Below, one piece after another: positions 8,577 through 19,525 of a stretch of DNA of 52,785 nt. Position 1 is the first letter of the stretch; the number at the start of each line of letters is the position of its first letter. The position numbers were made by a program, and so were the translations under genes. The notes below the pieces were generated by a model. It was not told where the DNA came from, made no database searches, and saw only the letters and a program-made list of their open reading frames with translations. Where the stretch lies: positions 1 to 52,785 of the forward strand of contig JAAYGO010000215.1 of NCBI GenBank assembly GCA_012727685.1, given 5' to 3'. The DNA comes from Bacillota bacterium. Lineage in GTDB: Bacteria > Bacillota > Dethiobacteria > DTU022.

Positions 8577-9555
8577 AGCACTTTTCCAGGTACGCAATTT
8601 AAAGAAGTACTTCAAAACCTCCAGGGGCGTTGTCCATGCGGTTGATGATATCTCCTTCGACATTGAGGAGGGGAAAACACTTGGCATTGTCGGTGAATCC
8701 GGGTGTGGAAAATCTACCACCGGCCGGTGCCTGATCCGCCTGATTGAGCCTACCTCCGGGCAGGTTTTCTACCGGGACCAGGATATTTGCCAGCTCAGCC
8801 GGGCTGAGATGAAAAAGCTCCGCAAGGAAATGCAGATTATTTTCCAGGATCCCTATGCCTCCCTCAACCCGAGAAAGTCGGTGCTCCAGATCATTGCGGA
8901 GCCCTTGCTCTACAATAAAATTATGCCCGGTGCCGACAAGTTTGCTATTGAAAAGCGTGTCCTCGAACTAATGGACAAAGTTGGTCTTGCCGAGCGTCTA
9001 ATCAACACCTATCCTCATGAACTGGACGGCGGGCGCCGGCAACGGATTGGTATCGCGAGGGCGCTGGCAATGGAACCTAAATTTATTGTCTGCGATGAAC
9101 CTGTTTCCGCCTTGGATGTTTCGATACAGGCGCAGATATTGAATCTGCTTAAAGAACTCCAGCGTGAATTGAGCCTGACCTATGTCTTTATTACGCACGA
9201 TCTTTCTGTTGTGAATCATTTTTCAGATGACATCATCGTAATGTATTTGGGACAAATCGTGGAGAAAGCACCAGCAGACGAGCTCTTTGAGAACCCGTTA
9301 CATCCGTATACACAGGCGCTTTTATCGGCGATTTTAGTCCCTGCGGTCGGAGCCAATCGCGACAGGATCAAATTGCGCGGGGAGCTTACCTCACCGATTG
9401 ACCCGCCGCCGGTATGCCGTTTTGCCAAACGGTGTAACTACTACAATCAAGATTGCGCCGCGGGTGTGCCTCCGCTTTTAGAGATAACGCCCGGCCATTT
9501 CGTAGCTTGTCATCGTATCAAACCGGGTTCTAATACCCTGGTGGAAGCAAATTAA
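8569..9555 (+). CDS. ABC transporter ATP-binding protein (DppF/OppF-like)
   Basis: Walker A GESGCGKST, signature LDGGRRQR, C-terminal CRFAKRC. The MAKALFQVRNL start at 8569 overlaps the upstream stop by 8 nt; the track ORF opens at 8521. Confidence 0.9.
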   Translation: MAKALFQVRNLKKYFKTSRGVVHAVDDISFDIEEGKTLGIVGESGCGKSTTGRCLIRLIEPTSGQVFYRDQDICQLSRAEMKKLRKEMQIIFQDPYASLNPRKSVLQIIAEPLLYNKIMPGADKFAIEKRVLELMDKVGLAERLINTYPHELDGGRRQRIGIARALAMEPKFIVCDEPVSALDVSIQAQILNLLKELQRELSLTYVFITHDLSVVNHFSDDIIVMYLGQIVEKAPADELFENPLHPYTQALLSAILVPAVGANRDRIKLRGELTSPIDPPPVCRFAKRCNYYNQDCAAGVPPLLEITPGHFVACHRIKPGSNTLVEAN

Positions 9556-9695
9556 TTTTACCGGGAGAACGGCCGGGTGGAAAATGAAAGAATGATGCCT
9601 TTTCCCCTGAGCGAAATATCCCAATTAAATAGATTACCGGCCAAGAATCATCTTAGTCTTGCCGCAGACATTGCAAATGAAGGAGAGTGCTCACA

Positions 9696-10859
9696 GTGAA
9701 GTATCGCCATTTTGGCAAGACGGAATGGAAGATATCCGCCCTGAGCCTGATTATAATGCCCTTATCCGCCATTGAAGAGGATCCAGCGGCTTTAAACATT
9801 AGTGCAATGAGTAAAATCATCCGCTATGCGATTGATGGCGGCGTCAATTACCTGGATCTTGGATATCCGTACTATATGAAACAGTCGCAGGATTTTTATG
9901 CACAAATTCGCCAGGCTTTGGCAGATGGCTACCGGGAGAAGATCAAAGTAGCCCTTCGCCTGCCTTCTTTACTAATTCGTTCTCCGCGCGACTTTAACCA
10001 CTACCTCAACGAACAGATGCAGCAGGTCTGGCTTAAACAGGTTGATTTTTGCCTATTGGAGGGATTAAACCGTGAAACCTGGCCCAAGATGAAAGAGCTT
10101 GGAGCCATCGCGTGGGCCGAGCAAGCCATGCGGGAGGGCCGGATTAAGCGCTTAGGCTTTATTTTCCATGATGATCATCAATTTTTAAGAAGTATCATCC
10201 AGGCCTATGACCACTGGGCTGTAGCCCAGTTTCAGTACAGTTATATGGATTACAAGCATCATCCGGGTCTAAGCGGCCTGCAGTTCGCTGCCCAGCAGGA
10301 CTTACCCGTGATCACCGAGGATCCATTTAAAGGCGGCTGGCTGTTGAAGGAACTGCCGGAGGAGGCAGCAGCCCTGCTGGCCGGGGCCAAACAAAAGCGT
10401 ACCTTAGCTGAATGGGCGCTGCTGTGGTGCTGGAATCACCCTGAGATAGACAGTGTAATGGCTGAGATGACCAGCTTGCAGCAGGCCAAAGAATACCTGG
10501 CCCTGGCAGACAAAGCCGAAACCGGCATGCTCGAAGTTAATGATCTTTTATTGCTAACCCGGGTCAGGGAAGCCTACCAAAAAAGGCGGGCCGTGCCCTG
10601 CCCAACCTGTTATTGTTGCATGCCCTGTCCCCAGGGGATCGATGTGCCGCGAATTATTGAACTCTATAACGAGGCCTTAATGTTTAAGGATCCTAGGCAG
10701 CCGCGCTATTTTTACCGGGTGGAAAATCATCAGCCTGAAAAGTGCCATGAATGTGAACGCTGTATGCAAGCCTGCCCGAGAGGCTACCCCACCATTGAAT
10801 TGCTGAAAAAAGCTGAGCTGCTATTTTCAGGAGATACTTTCAGTAACTGCACGGATTAA
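9696..10859 (+). CDS. Aldo/keto reductase-family oxidoreductase with a C-terminal 4Fe-4S ferredoxin-like domain
   Basis: N-terminus VKYRHFGKTEWKISALSL is typical of AKRs. The C-terminus has two Cys clusters (CPTCYCCMPCPQG and CHECERCMQACPRG). GTG 9696 lies 9-10 nt after GGAG; the track ORF opens at 9687. Confidence 0.8.
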   Translation: MKYRHFGKTEWKISALSLIIMPLSAIEEDPAALNISAMSKIIRYAIDGGVNYLDLGYPYYMKQSQDFYAQIRQALADGYREKIKVALRLPSLLIRSPRDFNHYLNEQMQQVWLKQVDFCLLEGLNRETWPKMKELGAIAWAEQAMREGRIKRLGFIFHDDHQFLRSIIQAYDHWAVAQFQYSYMDYKHHPGLSGLQFAAQQDLPVITEDPFKGGWLLKELPEEAAALLAGAKQKRTLAEWALLWCWNHPEIDSVMAEMTSLQQAKEYLALADKAETGMLEVNDLLLLTRVREAYQKRRAVPCPTCYCCMPCPQGIDVPRIIELYNEALMFKDPRQPRYFYRVENHQPEKCHECERCMQACPRGYPTIELLKKAELLFSGDTFSNCTD

Positions 10860-11266
10860 TTAGTGGTGATCTAAAAACTCACCCCAAAACAGCGCGTTGC
10901 CTGGTTTGGCATTAGTAACGACTACTGGAATCAACCACCGGCGCCGACGGGATCGTGCGATCAACACGATCGCGACCAGGCATCCCGGAAATGCTTCTAA
11001 AAGCAGCACACTGTTTCAAGGGAATCCAGCCTTTGCGAGCTTTTTGGTGATACCAAATAACTTCGGCAAAGGTGCTGGATTTCTTTTTTATTCCATTATT
11101 GTTGTATGTTTTAAATGAGAACCAACCGGTTTAAACACCCTAAAAGTTTGACAGAGTTTTTGAATTAACGCGATATTTTGGCCGCGTGTTCAGCTGATCG
11201 TAAGCGCTGGCTTTTCCGTTCTTCTTTAAAATCATTTAGGAATGCCTGCGACCGCGATTGTTTTCC

Positions 11267-11295
11267 TTGACTGGACTTCGCGGAAAGTGTTAAAT
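11267..11295 (+). promoter_or_regulatory. Sigma-A-type promoter for the activator gene
   Basis: TTGACT (11267-11272), 17-nt spacer, TTAAAT (11290-11295), with a TG at the extended -10 position. Confidence 0.5.
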
Positions 11296-11332
11296 TAAAA
11301 AAGGTTCATGTATTTCTGAGAGGGGGAGAGAT

Positions 11333-13285
11333 ATGCTTCCATTGGCTTTACATTCACCACATCTGGAGGATACGATTCGGCAATTAGAGAACTCCTGGCT
11401 GCAGATGATCGAAAAAAACCGTATAGACCGCAAGATTCGCCCAGTAATTGCCGAGTCCTGGAAACGTAGTTTAAAATACGGCGTCCCCTTTGATAAGCAT
11501 CTTCCCCCTTCAACGAATTTTGAAAATGAGTTGCAGCGTTATGAGCAAATATTGGAGATTGCCAATCCAATCATTAACAGGTTCAGGCAGGATATTGAAG
11601 ACTCGGGATATTTTATTATGGTTAGCGATGCTGAAGGTTTAATCCTGAGGCTTTACGGCAAAACCGATCAAATCGAAAAAGTGGCTAACCAGCACAACAC
11701 CATGCCGGGGATTGACTTCTCCGAGCGGAATAAGGGGACGAATATCATTGCCCTTTGTTTAAACAACAATTCTTCGAATCAAATCTTCGGCGCTGAGAAT
11801 TTTGCTGTGATCGGCCACTCCTGCGTAGCTTCCGGCGCTCCGTTGAGAGATCCCTTAACAAATAGGGTTGTCGGCACCGTTGCGATTAGCAGTAATTATA
11901 ACATCCTGCAGCATTCCCATTCTCTGATTATGGTGAAAGCCATCGGATTTGCAATCGAACAGGCGATGGGCCATTATATCATGCAAAAATTTCAGGATTA
12001 TGAAAATAAATATTTTAATTCTGATTATGGTTTAATCATCATCTGCGATAGCGGTCAAATCGTTTCCTTGAATACCAGGGCCATGGAGTTATTAAAGCTC
12101 GACTATCCAAAGCCGGAAAATCTGAATGAGATTACCAGTGTTCCCGAACTTAACCAGATTTTATTCGAGGCCAAGACCAGTAACAGCTCTTTAACCAGCG
12201 GTTGGACTGTGGCGGGAAATGGGAAACATGACCTGGAGGTTACCGCCGTCCCGATCAGGTATGGATTGCTAAGAACCGGTTTTGTATTGGTCGCCCGCAA
12301 AAATAGAATGATCGTCATAGAGCCAAACAAGACGAAGACAGTAATGGAGTCCGCTGAAGAAAGAAAAGAAAAAGCTTATTCTGCTTTCCTGACCAAATCT
12401 CCACGGATGCATGCAATGCTGGAGACAACTAAGCGTGCCGCCCTATCCAGCTCGAATATTCTTTTGCTCGGCGAAAGCGGAACCGGTAAAGAGCTGTTGG
12501 CCAAAGCCATCCACGATTACAGTCCGTACAGCGAAGGTCCCTTTGTCCCGTTGAATTGCGGCTGTATTCCCAGGGATTTAATTGCCAGTGAACTGTTCGG
12601 CTATACCAGGGGATCTTTTACCGGTGCGGCAAAAACCGGGAAAAAAGGGAAGTTCGAAATCGCCGCGGGGGGCACCCTGTTCCTGGATGAAATCGGCGAT
12701 ATGCCCTTAGATATACAGGTGGCGCTGCTGCGGGTTTTAGAGGAACGGATTGTCTATCCCATCGGAGCTGATAAGGGGGTACCTGTTTCCTGCCGGGTGA
12801 TCGCCGCGACTAATCAAGACCTTCTACAGGCCGTTAAAGAGGGTAATTTTCGGTCTGACTTATATTATCGCCTGAATGTGCTCAATATACGGATTCCGCC
12901 TTTGCGGGAGCGCAGGGAAGATATTCTTTTCCTCGCCGCATATTTTTGTCGGCAATATGGACGGAAAATGAGTGATCTGGATCCCCAAATTCGGGAGATG
13001 TTTTTAAGCTACCCCTGGCCGGGCAATGTGCGTGAATTGAAAAATACCATTGAACGGCTGGTCTGCTTCAGTAGCGGCGGGCCAATCACCAGGGAGTTGC
13101 TGCCGGATGAAATCCTGGCCTTTCAACAAACGGCAGACTTGACTTTAAGCGAGGCCTGCGGCCTGTCAGAACAGGAGCAAATTAAAAAGGCTTTGTCTGA
13201 GACCGGCCATAATGTCTCCGAAGCGGCGCGGAAGCTGGGCATCTCCAGATCCACTTTATACCGGAAAATGAAAAAATATCAATAG
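11333..13285 (+). CDS. Sigma-54-dependent transcriptional activator (AcoR-like enhancer-binding protein)
   Basis: Central AAA+ domain: [23 protein letters not shown] (GAFTGA variant), ESELFGY-like SELFGY. C-terminal Fis-type HTH ([24 protein letters not shown]). About 330-aa N-terminal sensory region with an AcoR-like ESWKRS motif. Confidence 0.9.
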   Translation: MLPLALHSPHLEDTIRQLENSWLQMIEKNRIDRKIRPVIAESWKRSLKYGVPFDKHLPPSTNFENELQRYEQILEIANPIINRFRQDIEDSGYFIMVSDAEGLILRLYGKTDQIEKVANQHNTMPGIDFSERNKGTNIIALCLNNNSSNQIFGAENFAVIGHSCVASGAPLRDPLTNRVVGTVAISSNYNILQHSHSLIMVKAIGFAIEQAMGHYIMQKFQDYENKYFNSDYGLIIICDSGQIVSLNTRAMELLKLDYPKPENLNEITSVPELNQILFEAKTSNSSLTSGWTVAGNGKHDLEVTAVPIRYGLLRTGFVLVARKNRMIVIEPNKTKTVMESAEERKEKAYSAFLTKSPRMHAMLETTKRAALSSSNILLLGESGTGKELLAKAIHDYSPYSEGPFVPLNCGCIPRDLIASELFGYTRGSFTGAAKTGKKGKFEIAAGGTLFLDEIGDMPLDIQVALLRVLEERIVYPIGADKGVPVSCRVIAATNQDLLQAVKEGNFRSDLYYRLNVLNIRIPPLRERREDILFLAAYFCRQYGRKMSDLDPQIREMFLSYPWPGNVRELKNTIERLVCFSSGGPITRELLPDEILAFQQTADLTLSEACGLSEQEQIKKALSETGHNVSEAARKLGISRSTLYRKMKKYQ

Positions 13286-13357
13286 CCTGGCGGGCAATTT
13301 TGGGGGGAAGCCATGGGCGCGATGCCCTCGCCGGCTGGTATACTGGCCTGGCGCCTG

Positions 13358-13399
13358 GCCGGCCCTCGGAAAGGCGGCCTTGTTTGGCCGGCTTTTTTT
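13358..13399 (+). terminator. Intrinsic terminator after the activator gene
   Basis: gccggcc (13358-13364) / ggccggc (13386-13392), with an inner gcggcc-ttgttt-ggccggc hairpin, followed by T7 (13393-13399). Confidence 0.65.
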
Positions 13400-13464
13400 A
13401 TGGGCAAAATATGGTTGGGCCTTTGGAGGCGGAAAATGAGCTTTAACAGCGGGAGGGATGGCGT

Positions 13465-13716
13465 TTGCGCCAAATCATGTTGTGTCTTGCCGCTTTGCTC
13501 GCGGCGCTGCTGTTGCTTTATGCCGGTTTAAATGTGGCGGAGCGGGGCGTGCACGAGCTGCTGGCGCTGGAGCGGCCGGTGGCCGCCTTCACTTTGCGGC
13601 GCGGCCTGGAGGGGAGATTCGAAATTACCTTTGGCGGCTCTAGCTATTTAGTGAATTTCGGGCAGATCGTTGAAAGGCTCAAGGCATGGGGGGCGCAGCT
13701 TTCGTTGACTTTTTAA
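13465..13716 (+). CDS. Small membrane protein, possibly YqxA-like (DUF3679)
   Basis: TTG start 6 nt after GGGAGGGA. One N-terminal TM helix. In Bacillus a small protein, yqxA, follows spoIIP. The family assignment is from memory only. Confidence 0.5.
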   Translation: MRQIMLCLAALLAALLLLYAGLNVAERGVHELLALERPVAAFTLRRGLEGRFEITFGGSSYLVNFGQIVERLKAWGAQLSLTF

Positions 13717-13749
13717 GCAAGCCTTTTTCAGTTTTTTATTCTGAGATTC

Positions 13750-13778
13750 TTGACAAAAACCCCGCCTGGTGGTATTTT
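13750..13778 (+). promoter_or_regulatory. Sigma-A promoter of the hrcA operon
   Basis: TTGACA (13750-13755), 17 nt, TATTTT (13773-13778), preceded by TGg (extended -10). Confidence 0.7.
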
Positions 13779-13788
13779 GGAAGAAGCG

Positions 13789-13815
13789 TTAGCACTCTCC
13801 ACGTTAGAGTGCTAA
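13789..13815. promoter_or_regulatory. CIRCE operator (HrcA binding site)
   Basis: TTAGCACTC-N9-GAGTGCTAA, an exact match to the CIRCE consensus, directly downstream of the promoter and upstream of hrcA. Confidence 0.95.
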
Positions 13816-13838
13816 TAAAAGGCGCGGGGTGTAAGCCA

Positions 13839-14873
13839 ATGAGCGAGCTCAGTGAGCGGAAAAAACGAATTCTGAAAGCTGTGGTCTTGAATTTTATCAA
13901 GTCCGCCGAACCGGTCGGTTCACGGACAATCGCTCGCACGTACCGGATTGGACTCAGTTCCGCTACCATCCGCAACGAAATGGCCGATCTGGAGGAGATG
14001 GGCTATCTCTCCCAGCCGCACACCTCCGCCGGGAGAATCCCTTCGCAAAAAGGATACCGCTATTTTGTCGATCATCTCATGGAGCCCGGCAAGTTAAGCG
14101 AAGAAGAAGAGATGAAGATCGCTCATTTTCTGGGCCTTGAAAAGATGTGCGAGATCGAAGAGATCATTGTCAGTGCAGCCCGGGTCCTTTCAGAGATTAC
14201 CAACCAGACCTCTTTGATCATGGGGCCCCAGTTCAAAAAGAGCGCCTTCAAGCAACTGCGCATTTTGCCCCTCGATGAAAAGCGGGGCCTGGTGGTGCTG
14301 ATCACGGACACCGGTTTTATCAAGAACAGGATCATCAACCTGAACCAGACTCTCTCGCCGGTGGAGCTGCAGCAGGTGGTCAATTATCTCAATCAGCGGT
14401 TGAGCGGTTTAACGATCGACCAGGTTACCAGCTCTCTGATCAACGAACTGAAGCGAGATCTTTTCCGCCGGCTGGAACTGCTCGAGCAGGCCATCATCCT
14501 GCTCGAGGAAAGCCTGAAAGAAGAGCAGCAGGTGCGGGTATTCCTGGGCGGCACCTCTAATATATTAAACCAGCCGGAGTTCAGGGATGTGGATAAAATC
14601 AGGCGGATGCTGGCCCTTTTTGAACAGGAATCGCTGCTTTTCGAGATCCTTGAAGAGCACCTCGGCGACGATGGCGTGGTCGTGAAGATCGGGACGGAAA
14701 ATCGCTATGCGGATATCCAGGAATGCACCCTGGTCACCGCCACCTACAAGATTAACAACAAGAACATCGGCACCCTGGGGGTTCTCGGGCCAACCCGAAT
14801 GAACTATAGCCGGATCATCGGTGTAGTGCGATGCGTGGTGGATAAACTAAACCAGAGCTTGAGCTCCTCCTGA
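13839..14873 (+). CDS. hrcA: Heat-inducible transcription repressor HrcA
   Basis: N-terminal winged helix (RKKRILKAVVLNFIKSAEPVGSRTIA). Sits at the head of grpE-dnaK-dnaJ. ATG 13839 lies downstream of CIRCE; the track ORF opens at 13686. Confidence 0.95.
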   Translation: MSELSERKKRILKAVVLNFIKSAEPVGSRTIARTYRIGLSSATIRNEMADLEEMGYLSQPHTSAGRIPSQKGYRYFVDHLMEPGKLSEEEEMKIAHFLGLEKMCEIEEIIVSAARVLSEITNQTSLIMGPQFKKSAFKQLRILPLDEKRGLVVLITDTGFIKNRIINLNQTLSPVELQQVVNYLNQRLSGLTIDQVTSSLINELKRDLFRRLELLEQAIILLEESLKEEQQVRVFLGGTSNILNQPEFRDVDKIRRMLALFEQESLLFEILEEHLGDDGVVVKIGTENRYADIQECTLVTATYKINNKNIGTLGVLGPTRMNYSRIIGVVRCVVDKLNQSLSSS

Positions 14874-14940
14874 CGTATATGGTAAGTGGGAAAATCGGGA
14901 TTGCTTGATCTGGAAAGAGCATAAAAGAGCAGGTGAGAAG

Positions 14941-15663
14941 ATGCGCGAGAAGGGGTTTGACGGCAGGAAAGAGACGGCGGAAGAGGCCTTGCTAAGCGAG
15001 CAGCCGGAAAAAGTTTCTCCAGCCGGAGACGGGCCGGCGGATGAGGCGCCTTTAGCCGGGAGCGGGGAGGCGAATCTGGTGTCCGGCTCTGCTGGAGCGG
15101 AAGAAGCGAGCCAGGCCGGGACAGCATCAGAAGCGGGTCAAAGCGGAGCAGAGACCGCGCTTCCGGGCCAGGCGCCGGAGGAGTCTGCAGCCGCACCGGA
15201 TCAAAAACCGTGGGAACAGGAAATCGAAGCGTTGAAAGCTCTCCTTCAGCAGAAGCACGAAGAACTGCTCCGCAAACAGGCTGACTTTGACAATTACCGG
15301 CGCATCAGCAGGAACGAGAGAGAAGAGATGCGTGAATACGCCCTCTCTGACTTTTTTAAAAAGCTGCTGCCGGTCCTCGATAATATGGAGCGGGCCCTGG
15401 AGTCGGCCCGGCAGGGAAATGTGCCCGGTTCCTACGTGGAAGGACTGGAGATGATTCAAAAGCAGTTGCTTACGCTCCTGGAACAGGAAGGAGTAACGGC
15501 CATTGAATGTCTCGGCCAGCCCTTCGACCCCAACTTTCATCATGCGGTGCTGCATGAAGAGGGGGAGGGGGAAGCGGATCTGGTCGTGGCAGAGCTGCAG
15601 CGAGGCTATATGCATAAAAAAAGGCTGCTTCGGCCTTCCATGGTGAAAGTTTCCCGGGGCTAA
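14941..15663 (+). CDS. grpE: Nucleotide exchange factor GrpE
   Basis: C-terminal GrpE core ([26 protein letters not shown]) with an acidic, Ala/Gly-rich N-terminal extension. ATG 14941 follows AGGTGAGAAG. Confidence 0.9.
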   Translation: MREKGFDGRKETAEEALLSEQPEKVSPAGDGPADEAPLAGSGEANLVSGSAGAEEASQAGTASEAGQSGAETALPGQAPEESAAAPDQKPWEQEIEALKALLQQKHEELLRKQADFDNYRRISRNEREEMREYALSDFFKKLLPVLDNMERALESARQGNVPGSYVEGLEMIQKQLLTLLEQEGVTAIECLGQPFDPNFHHAVLHEEGEGEADLVVAELQRGYMHKKRLLRPSMVKVSRG

Positions 15664-15700
15664 GCAACGGAACAGCATACATAAGGAGGCTATCATTTCA

Positions 15701-17545
15701 ATGGGAAAAGTTGTCGGTATTGATCTCGGTACCACTAACTCGGTTGTGGCGGTATTAATGGGCAGTGAGCCTGAAATAATTCCCAACGCCGAGGGCGGCC
15801 GCTTAACTCCCTCGGTAGTGGCCTTTACCAAGGACGGCCAGCGCCTGGTCGGGCAGGTGGCAAAGCGCCAGTCCATCACCAACCCGGACCGGACCATCCT
15901 CTCCATCAAGCGGGAGATGGGGACCAATTTTACTGTTACAATCGACGGCAAGAAGTATACGCCGCAGGAGATCTCGGCCATGATCCTGCAGAAATTAAAG
16001 CAGGATGCTGAAAGCTACCTGGGCGAGAAGGTGACCCAGGCGGTGATCACCGTGCCTGCCTATTTCAGCGACAGCCAGCGCCAGGCCACCAAGGATGCCG
16101 GGACAATCGCCGGTCTCGAGGTGCTGCGGATTATCAACGAACCGACGGCTGCGGCCCTGGCCTACGGCCTTGACAAAAAAGGCGAGCAGAAGATCCTGGT
16201 CTTTGACCTGGGCGGCGGCACTTTCGACGTTTCCGTGCTGGAGATCGGGGACGACGTGGTGGAAGTAAAGGCTACCAGCGGCAACAACCGCCTCGGCGGC
16301 GATGATTTTGACCAGCGCTTGATCGATTACATTGCCGATGAGTTCAAGAAGGAGCACGGCATTGATCTGCGCAATGACCGCATGGCGCTGCAGCGCCTGA
16401 AAGAAGCGGCCGAAAAGGCCAAGATCGAGCTTTCTTCCGTGACCTCCACTTCGGTCAACCTGCCCTTTATCACCGCCACCCAGGAGGGGCCGAAGCATCT
16501 CGATATGAACCTGACCCGGGCCAAATTCGAAGAGTTGACCGCGGACCTGGTGGAAAAGACGATGGGCCCCACGCGGCAAGCCCTTGCCGACGCCGGCCTC
16601 GAGCCCACGGAGATCGACCGGGTCATCCTCGTGGGCGGCTCAACCCGGATCCCGGCTGTGCAGGAAGCGATCCGCAAGCTGACCGGCAAGGAGCCGCATA
16701 AGGGGGTCAACCCCGACGAGGTAGTGGCGCTCGGCGCCGCTTACCAGGCCGCCGTACTGGCCGGAGAAGCCAAGGATGTGCTCTTGCTCGATGTGACACC
16801 CCTTTCGCTGGGTATCGAGACCCTGGGCGGCGTCTTCACCAAGATCATCGAGCGCAACACCACCATTCCAACCAGCAAAAAGCAGATCTTCTCCACTGCA
16901 GCCGATAACCAGACCAGCGTGGAGATCCACGTGCTGCAGGGCGAGCGCTCCATGGCGGCGGACAATAAAACCCTGGGGCGGTTTATGCTCGATGGCATTC
17001 CGCCGGCCCCGCGGGGCGTGCCCCAGATCGAAGTGAGCTTCGATATTGATGCCAACGGCATCGTCAACGTTTCGGCCAAGGATCTGGCCACCGGCAAGGA
17101 GCAAAAGATCACGATCACCGCCTCCAGCGGACTTGACAAGGACCAGATCGACCGCATGGTCAAAGAGTCGGAGCGCTATGCGGAAGAGGATAAAAAACGC
17201 CGCGAACTGGCCGACACCCGCAACCAGGCCGATTCGCTCGCCTACAGCGCCGAGAAGTCGCTCAAAGACCTGGGCGACAAGGTCGACGCGGCCAAGGCCG
17301 AAGAGATCAGGAAAGCCATTGAAGAGCTGCGCTCCGCTGCCGCGAGCGATGACCTGGATAAAATCAAGCGGGCCATTGAAAAAATGAACAGTTATCTGCA
17401 TGAGCTGTCGGCGAAGCTCTACGAGCAGGCCAGGGCGCAGCAGGGAAGTGCCGGTGATGCTGCTGCGGGCGGCAGCAGCGGCGGCGCCGCGGACGCCGAA
17501 AACGTGGTCGACGCCGATTACGACGTGAAGGATGATGGCAAGTAA
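15701..17545 (+). CDS. dnaK: Molecular chaperone DnaK (Hsp70)
   Basis: [17 protein letters not shown] and [11 protein letters not shown] motifs; 614 aa. Confidence 0.98.
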   Translation: MGKVVGIDLGTTNSVVAVLMGSEPEIIPNAEGGRLTPSVVAFTKDGQRLVGQVAKRQSITNPDRTILSIKREMGTNFTVTIDGKKYTPQEISAMILQKLKQDAESYLGEKVTQAVITVPAYFSDSQRQATKDAGTIAGLEVLRIINEPTAAALAYGLDKKGEQKILVFDLGGGTFDVSVLEIGDDVVEVKATSGNNRLGGDDFDQRLIDYIADEFKKEHGIDLRNDRMALQRLKEAAEKAKIELSSVTSTSVNLPFITATQEGPKHLDMNLTRAKFEELTADLVEKTMGPTRQALADAGLEPTEIDRVILVGGSTRIPAVQEAIRKLTGKEPHKGVNPDEVVALGAAYQAAVLAGEAKDVLLLDVTPLSLGIETLGGVFTKIIERNTTIPTSKKQIFSTAADNQTSVEIHVLQGERSMAADNKTLGRFMLDGIPPAPRGVPQIEVSFDIDANGIVNVSAKDLATGKEQKITITASSGLDKDQIDRMVKESERYAEEDKKRRELADTRNQADSLAYSAEKSLKDLGDKVDAAKAEEIRKAIEELRSAAASDDLDKIKRAIEKMNSYLHELSAKLYEQARAQQGSAGDAAAGGSSGGAADAENVVDADYDVKDDGK

Positions 17546-17624
17546 AGCTTAAGGCAAGCCAAAAGTTTTCACTTAATGATTTGCCGGAGTCAGCGATTTT
17601 ATCATGCCGAAGGATGAATGAGGA

Positions 17625-18740
17625 TTGGCCAAAAGAGACTATTACGAGGTGCTGGGGGTAGAGCGGAACGCCTCTCTGGAGGAGATCAAGAAGGCCTATC
17701 GCCGGCTCGCCCGCCAGTATCACCCTGATTTTAACAAAGCGCCCGACGCAGAGCTAAAGTTTAAAGAGATCAACGAAGCATACGAGGTGCTTTCCGATCC
17801 CCAGAAGCGCGAGCAATATGACCGCTTCGGCCATCAGACCGATTTTAGCGGTTTTGGCGGCGGATTTAACGGCGCCGACTTCAGCGGGTTCGGCTTTGAA
17901 AGCATTTTTGAGAGCTTCTTTGGCGGCGGATTTGGCGGGGGGCGGCGCCGCCCGCCCGGCCCGGAACAGGGCCCGGACCTGCGCTACGATCTGGAGATCA
18001 CCCTGGAAGATGCCTACTACGGCCGGGCGAAGGAGATCAAAATCCCGCGCACTGAGCTGTGCCCCGACTGCAAGGGCAGCCGCGCCAAACCGGGCACCAG
18101 GCCGGAAACCTGTTCCGCCTGCGGCGGCAGCGGGCAGCAGCGGCATGTGCGCAATACGCCCTTTGGCAGCATGATCAACGTGGTCACCTGCCTGGCCTGC
18201 GGCGGTGAAGGTAAGATCGTCAAGGAGCCCTGTCCCGCCTGCCGCGGCCAGGGGCGCGTGGTCCGGGAAAGAAAAATCGAGATCCGGATCCCGCCCGGCG
18301 TGGAGCACGGTTCCCGCCTCCGCATTTCCGGCGAGGGGGAAGCGGGGCTGCGCGGCGGTCCGCCCGGCGACCTTTATGTCGTCATCAGCATCCGCCCGCA
18401 CAAGCTGTTTCAGCGAGAGGGCAGCGATCTGATCTACGAGATGAGCCTCGATATGGCCCGGGCTGCCCTGGGGCTGGAGGTGGAAGTGCCAACCCTCGAA
18501 AAAGATCCCGCGGTCTTGCGGATCCCGGAAGGGACGCAGCCCGGAACCGTGTTCCGGCTGAAAGGAAAAGGGATGCCGCGGCTGCGCGGCGCCGGCAAAG
18601 GGGACCTGAAGGTGAAAGTGAATGTGACGGTGCCCAGGCATTTGACGGCGCGCCAGCGGCAGCTCTTAAAGGAGTTTGTCAGTGCCGGTGAGGATAAGGG
18701 TTTTATTAACCGGTTTAAGGATGCCCTTGGCGGTAAATAA
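17625..18740 (+). CDS. dnaJ: Molecular chaperone DnaJ
   Basis: J-domain with HPD, G/F-rich region, four CxxCxGxG zinc-finger repeats. TTG start. Confidence 0.95.
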   Translation: MAKRDYYEVLGVERNASLEEIKKAYRRLARQYHPDFNKAPDAELKFKEINEAYEVLSDPQKREQYDRFGHQTDFSGFGGGFNGADFSGFGFESIFESFFGGGFGGGRRRPPGPEQGPDLRYDLEITLEDAYYGRAKEIKIPRTELCPDCKGSRAKPGTRPETCSACGGSGQQRHVRNTPFGSMINVVTCLACGGEGKIVKEPCPACRGQGRVVRERKIEIRIPPGVEHGSRLRISGEGEAGLRGGPPGDLYVVISIRPHKLFQREGSDLIYEMSLDMARAALGLEVEVPTLEKDPAVLRIPEGTQPGTVFRLKGKGMPRLRGAGKGDLKVKVNVTVPRHLTARQRQLLKEFVSAGEDKGFINRFKDALGGK

Positions 18741-18769
18741 CCTGCAGGGCAGCCGGTCTGGAGTGAAAA

Positions 18770-19525
18770 ATGCACGTCTTTTTTGTCGAAGGAACAAGCC
18801 TGGCCGCAGGAAGCGAAGTGACACTGGCACCGGCGGACTTAAACCACGCCTGCCGGGTGCTGCGCCTGCAAAAAGACAGCCCTGTCATCGTTTCGGACGG
18901 ACAGGGCTTAGCTTTTAAGGGGATCATTACCGCCTTGACACCGCGCGAGGGGCGGGTGCGGCTCGCCGCCGCTGTGCCCCCGGCGGAATCGCCCCTCAGG
19001 GTAACCTTAATGCAGGCCCTGGTCAAGGGAGAGAAGATGGATCTGATCGTGCGCCAGGCGGTGGAACTGGGGGTGGCGCGCCTGGTGCCGGTGGCAACGG
19101 GGCGCAGCATTCCGCGGCTGAACGCGGCCAAAGAGGCCGGCCGCCTGGAGCGCTGGCGCAAAATTGCCCGCGCGGCCGCGGCCCAGTGCCGCCGGGCGGT
19201 CATTCCGGTTGTGGAACCGCTGCACAGCTTTGCAGAGGTCTTGGCCCTGGTTGGCGGCGCCATGACCCTGGTGCCCTGGGAAAAGGAGCGTCACTTAAGC
19301 CTGGGGGCGCTCTTGCGCCAGCCCGGGCCGGGGGACGGGGCACTTCTCGTGTTTGTAGGCCCGGAAGGAGGGTTTAGCGCGGCGGAAGCGAAATTACTCA
19401 CAGCTGCCGGCGCCCGGACCGTTCAGCTTGGGCCGCGCATTTTGCGCGCCGAAACCGCCGCCGCGGCTGTCCTGGGCCTGGTCCAGGCGGCCTGGGGCGA
19501 CCTGGGAGGCGATTCACACCGGTGA
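18770..19525 (+). CDS. rsmE: 16S rRNA (uracil1498-N3)-methyltransferase RsmE
   Basis: C-terminal GPEGGF...LGPRILRAETA motif. Conserved position after dnaJ. Confidence 0.85.
   Translation: MHVFFVEGTSLAAGSEVTLAPADLNHACRVLRLQKDSPVIVSDGQGLAFKGIITALTPREGRVRLAAAVPPAESPLRVTLMQALVKGEKMDLIVRQAVELGVARLVPVATGRSIPRLNAAKEAGRLERWRKIARAAAAQCRRAVIPVVEPLHSFAEVLALVGGAMTLVPWEKERHLSLGALLRQPGPGDGALLVFVGPEGGFSAAEAKLLTAAGARTVQLGPRILRAETAAAAVLGLVQAAWGDLGGDSHR

Noticed and set aside
10897-11130. 73-aa plus-strand ORF, plus a start-less open frame of about 70 codons on the minus strand (…FAEVIWYHQKARKGWIPLKQCAAF…) in the AKR-activator spacer. Considered as a transposase or gene remnant marking the island border.
   Set aside because: No start codon or RBS, and no motif I can tie to any transposase or integrase family. 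It cannot be supported without a database search; a tBLASTn/HMM search of 10860-11330 would settle it.
13313-13643. Three overlapping 61-72-aa plus-strand ORFs around the activator terminator
   Set aside because: They overlap the terminator hairpin and the better-supported yqxA-like ORF (which has an RBS and a TM helix). Their sequences are Arg/Ala/Gly-rich artefacts.
15127-15981. 284-aa minus-strand ORF spanning the grpE-dnaK junction
   Set aside because: It overlaps two well-supported chaperone genes on the opposite strand and shows no recognisable domain. It is a composition artefact.
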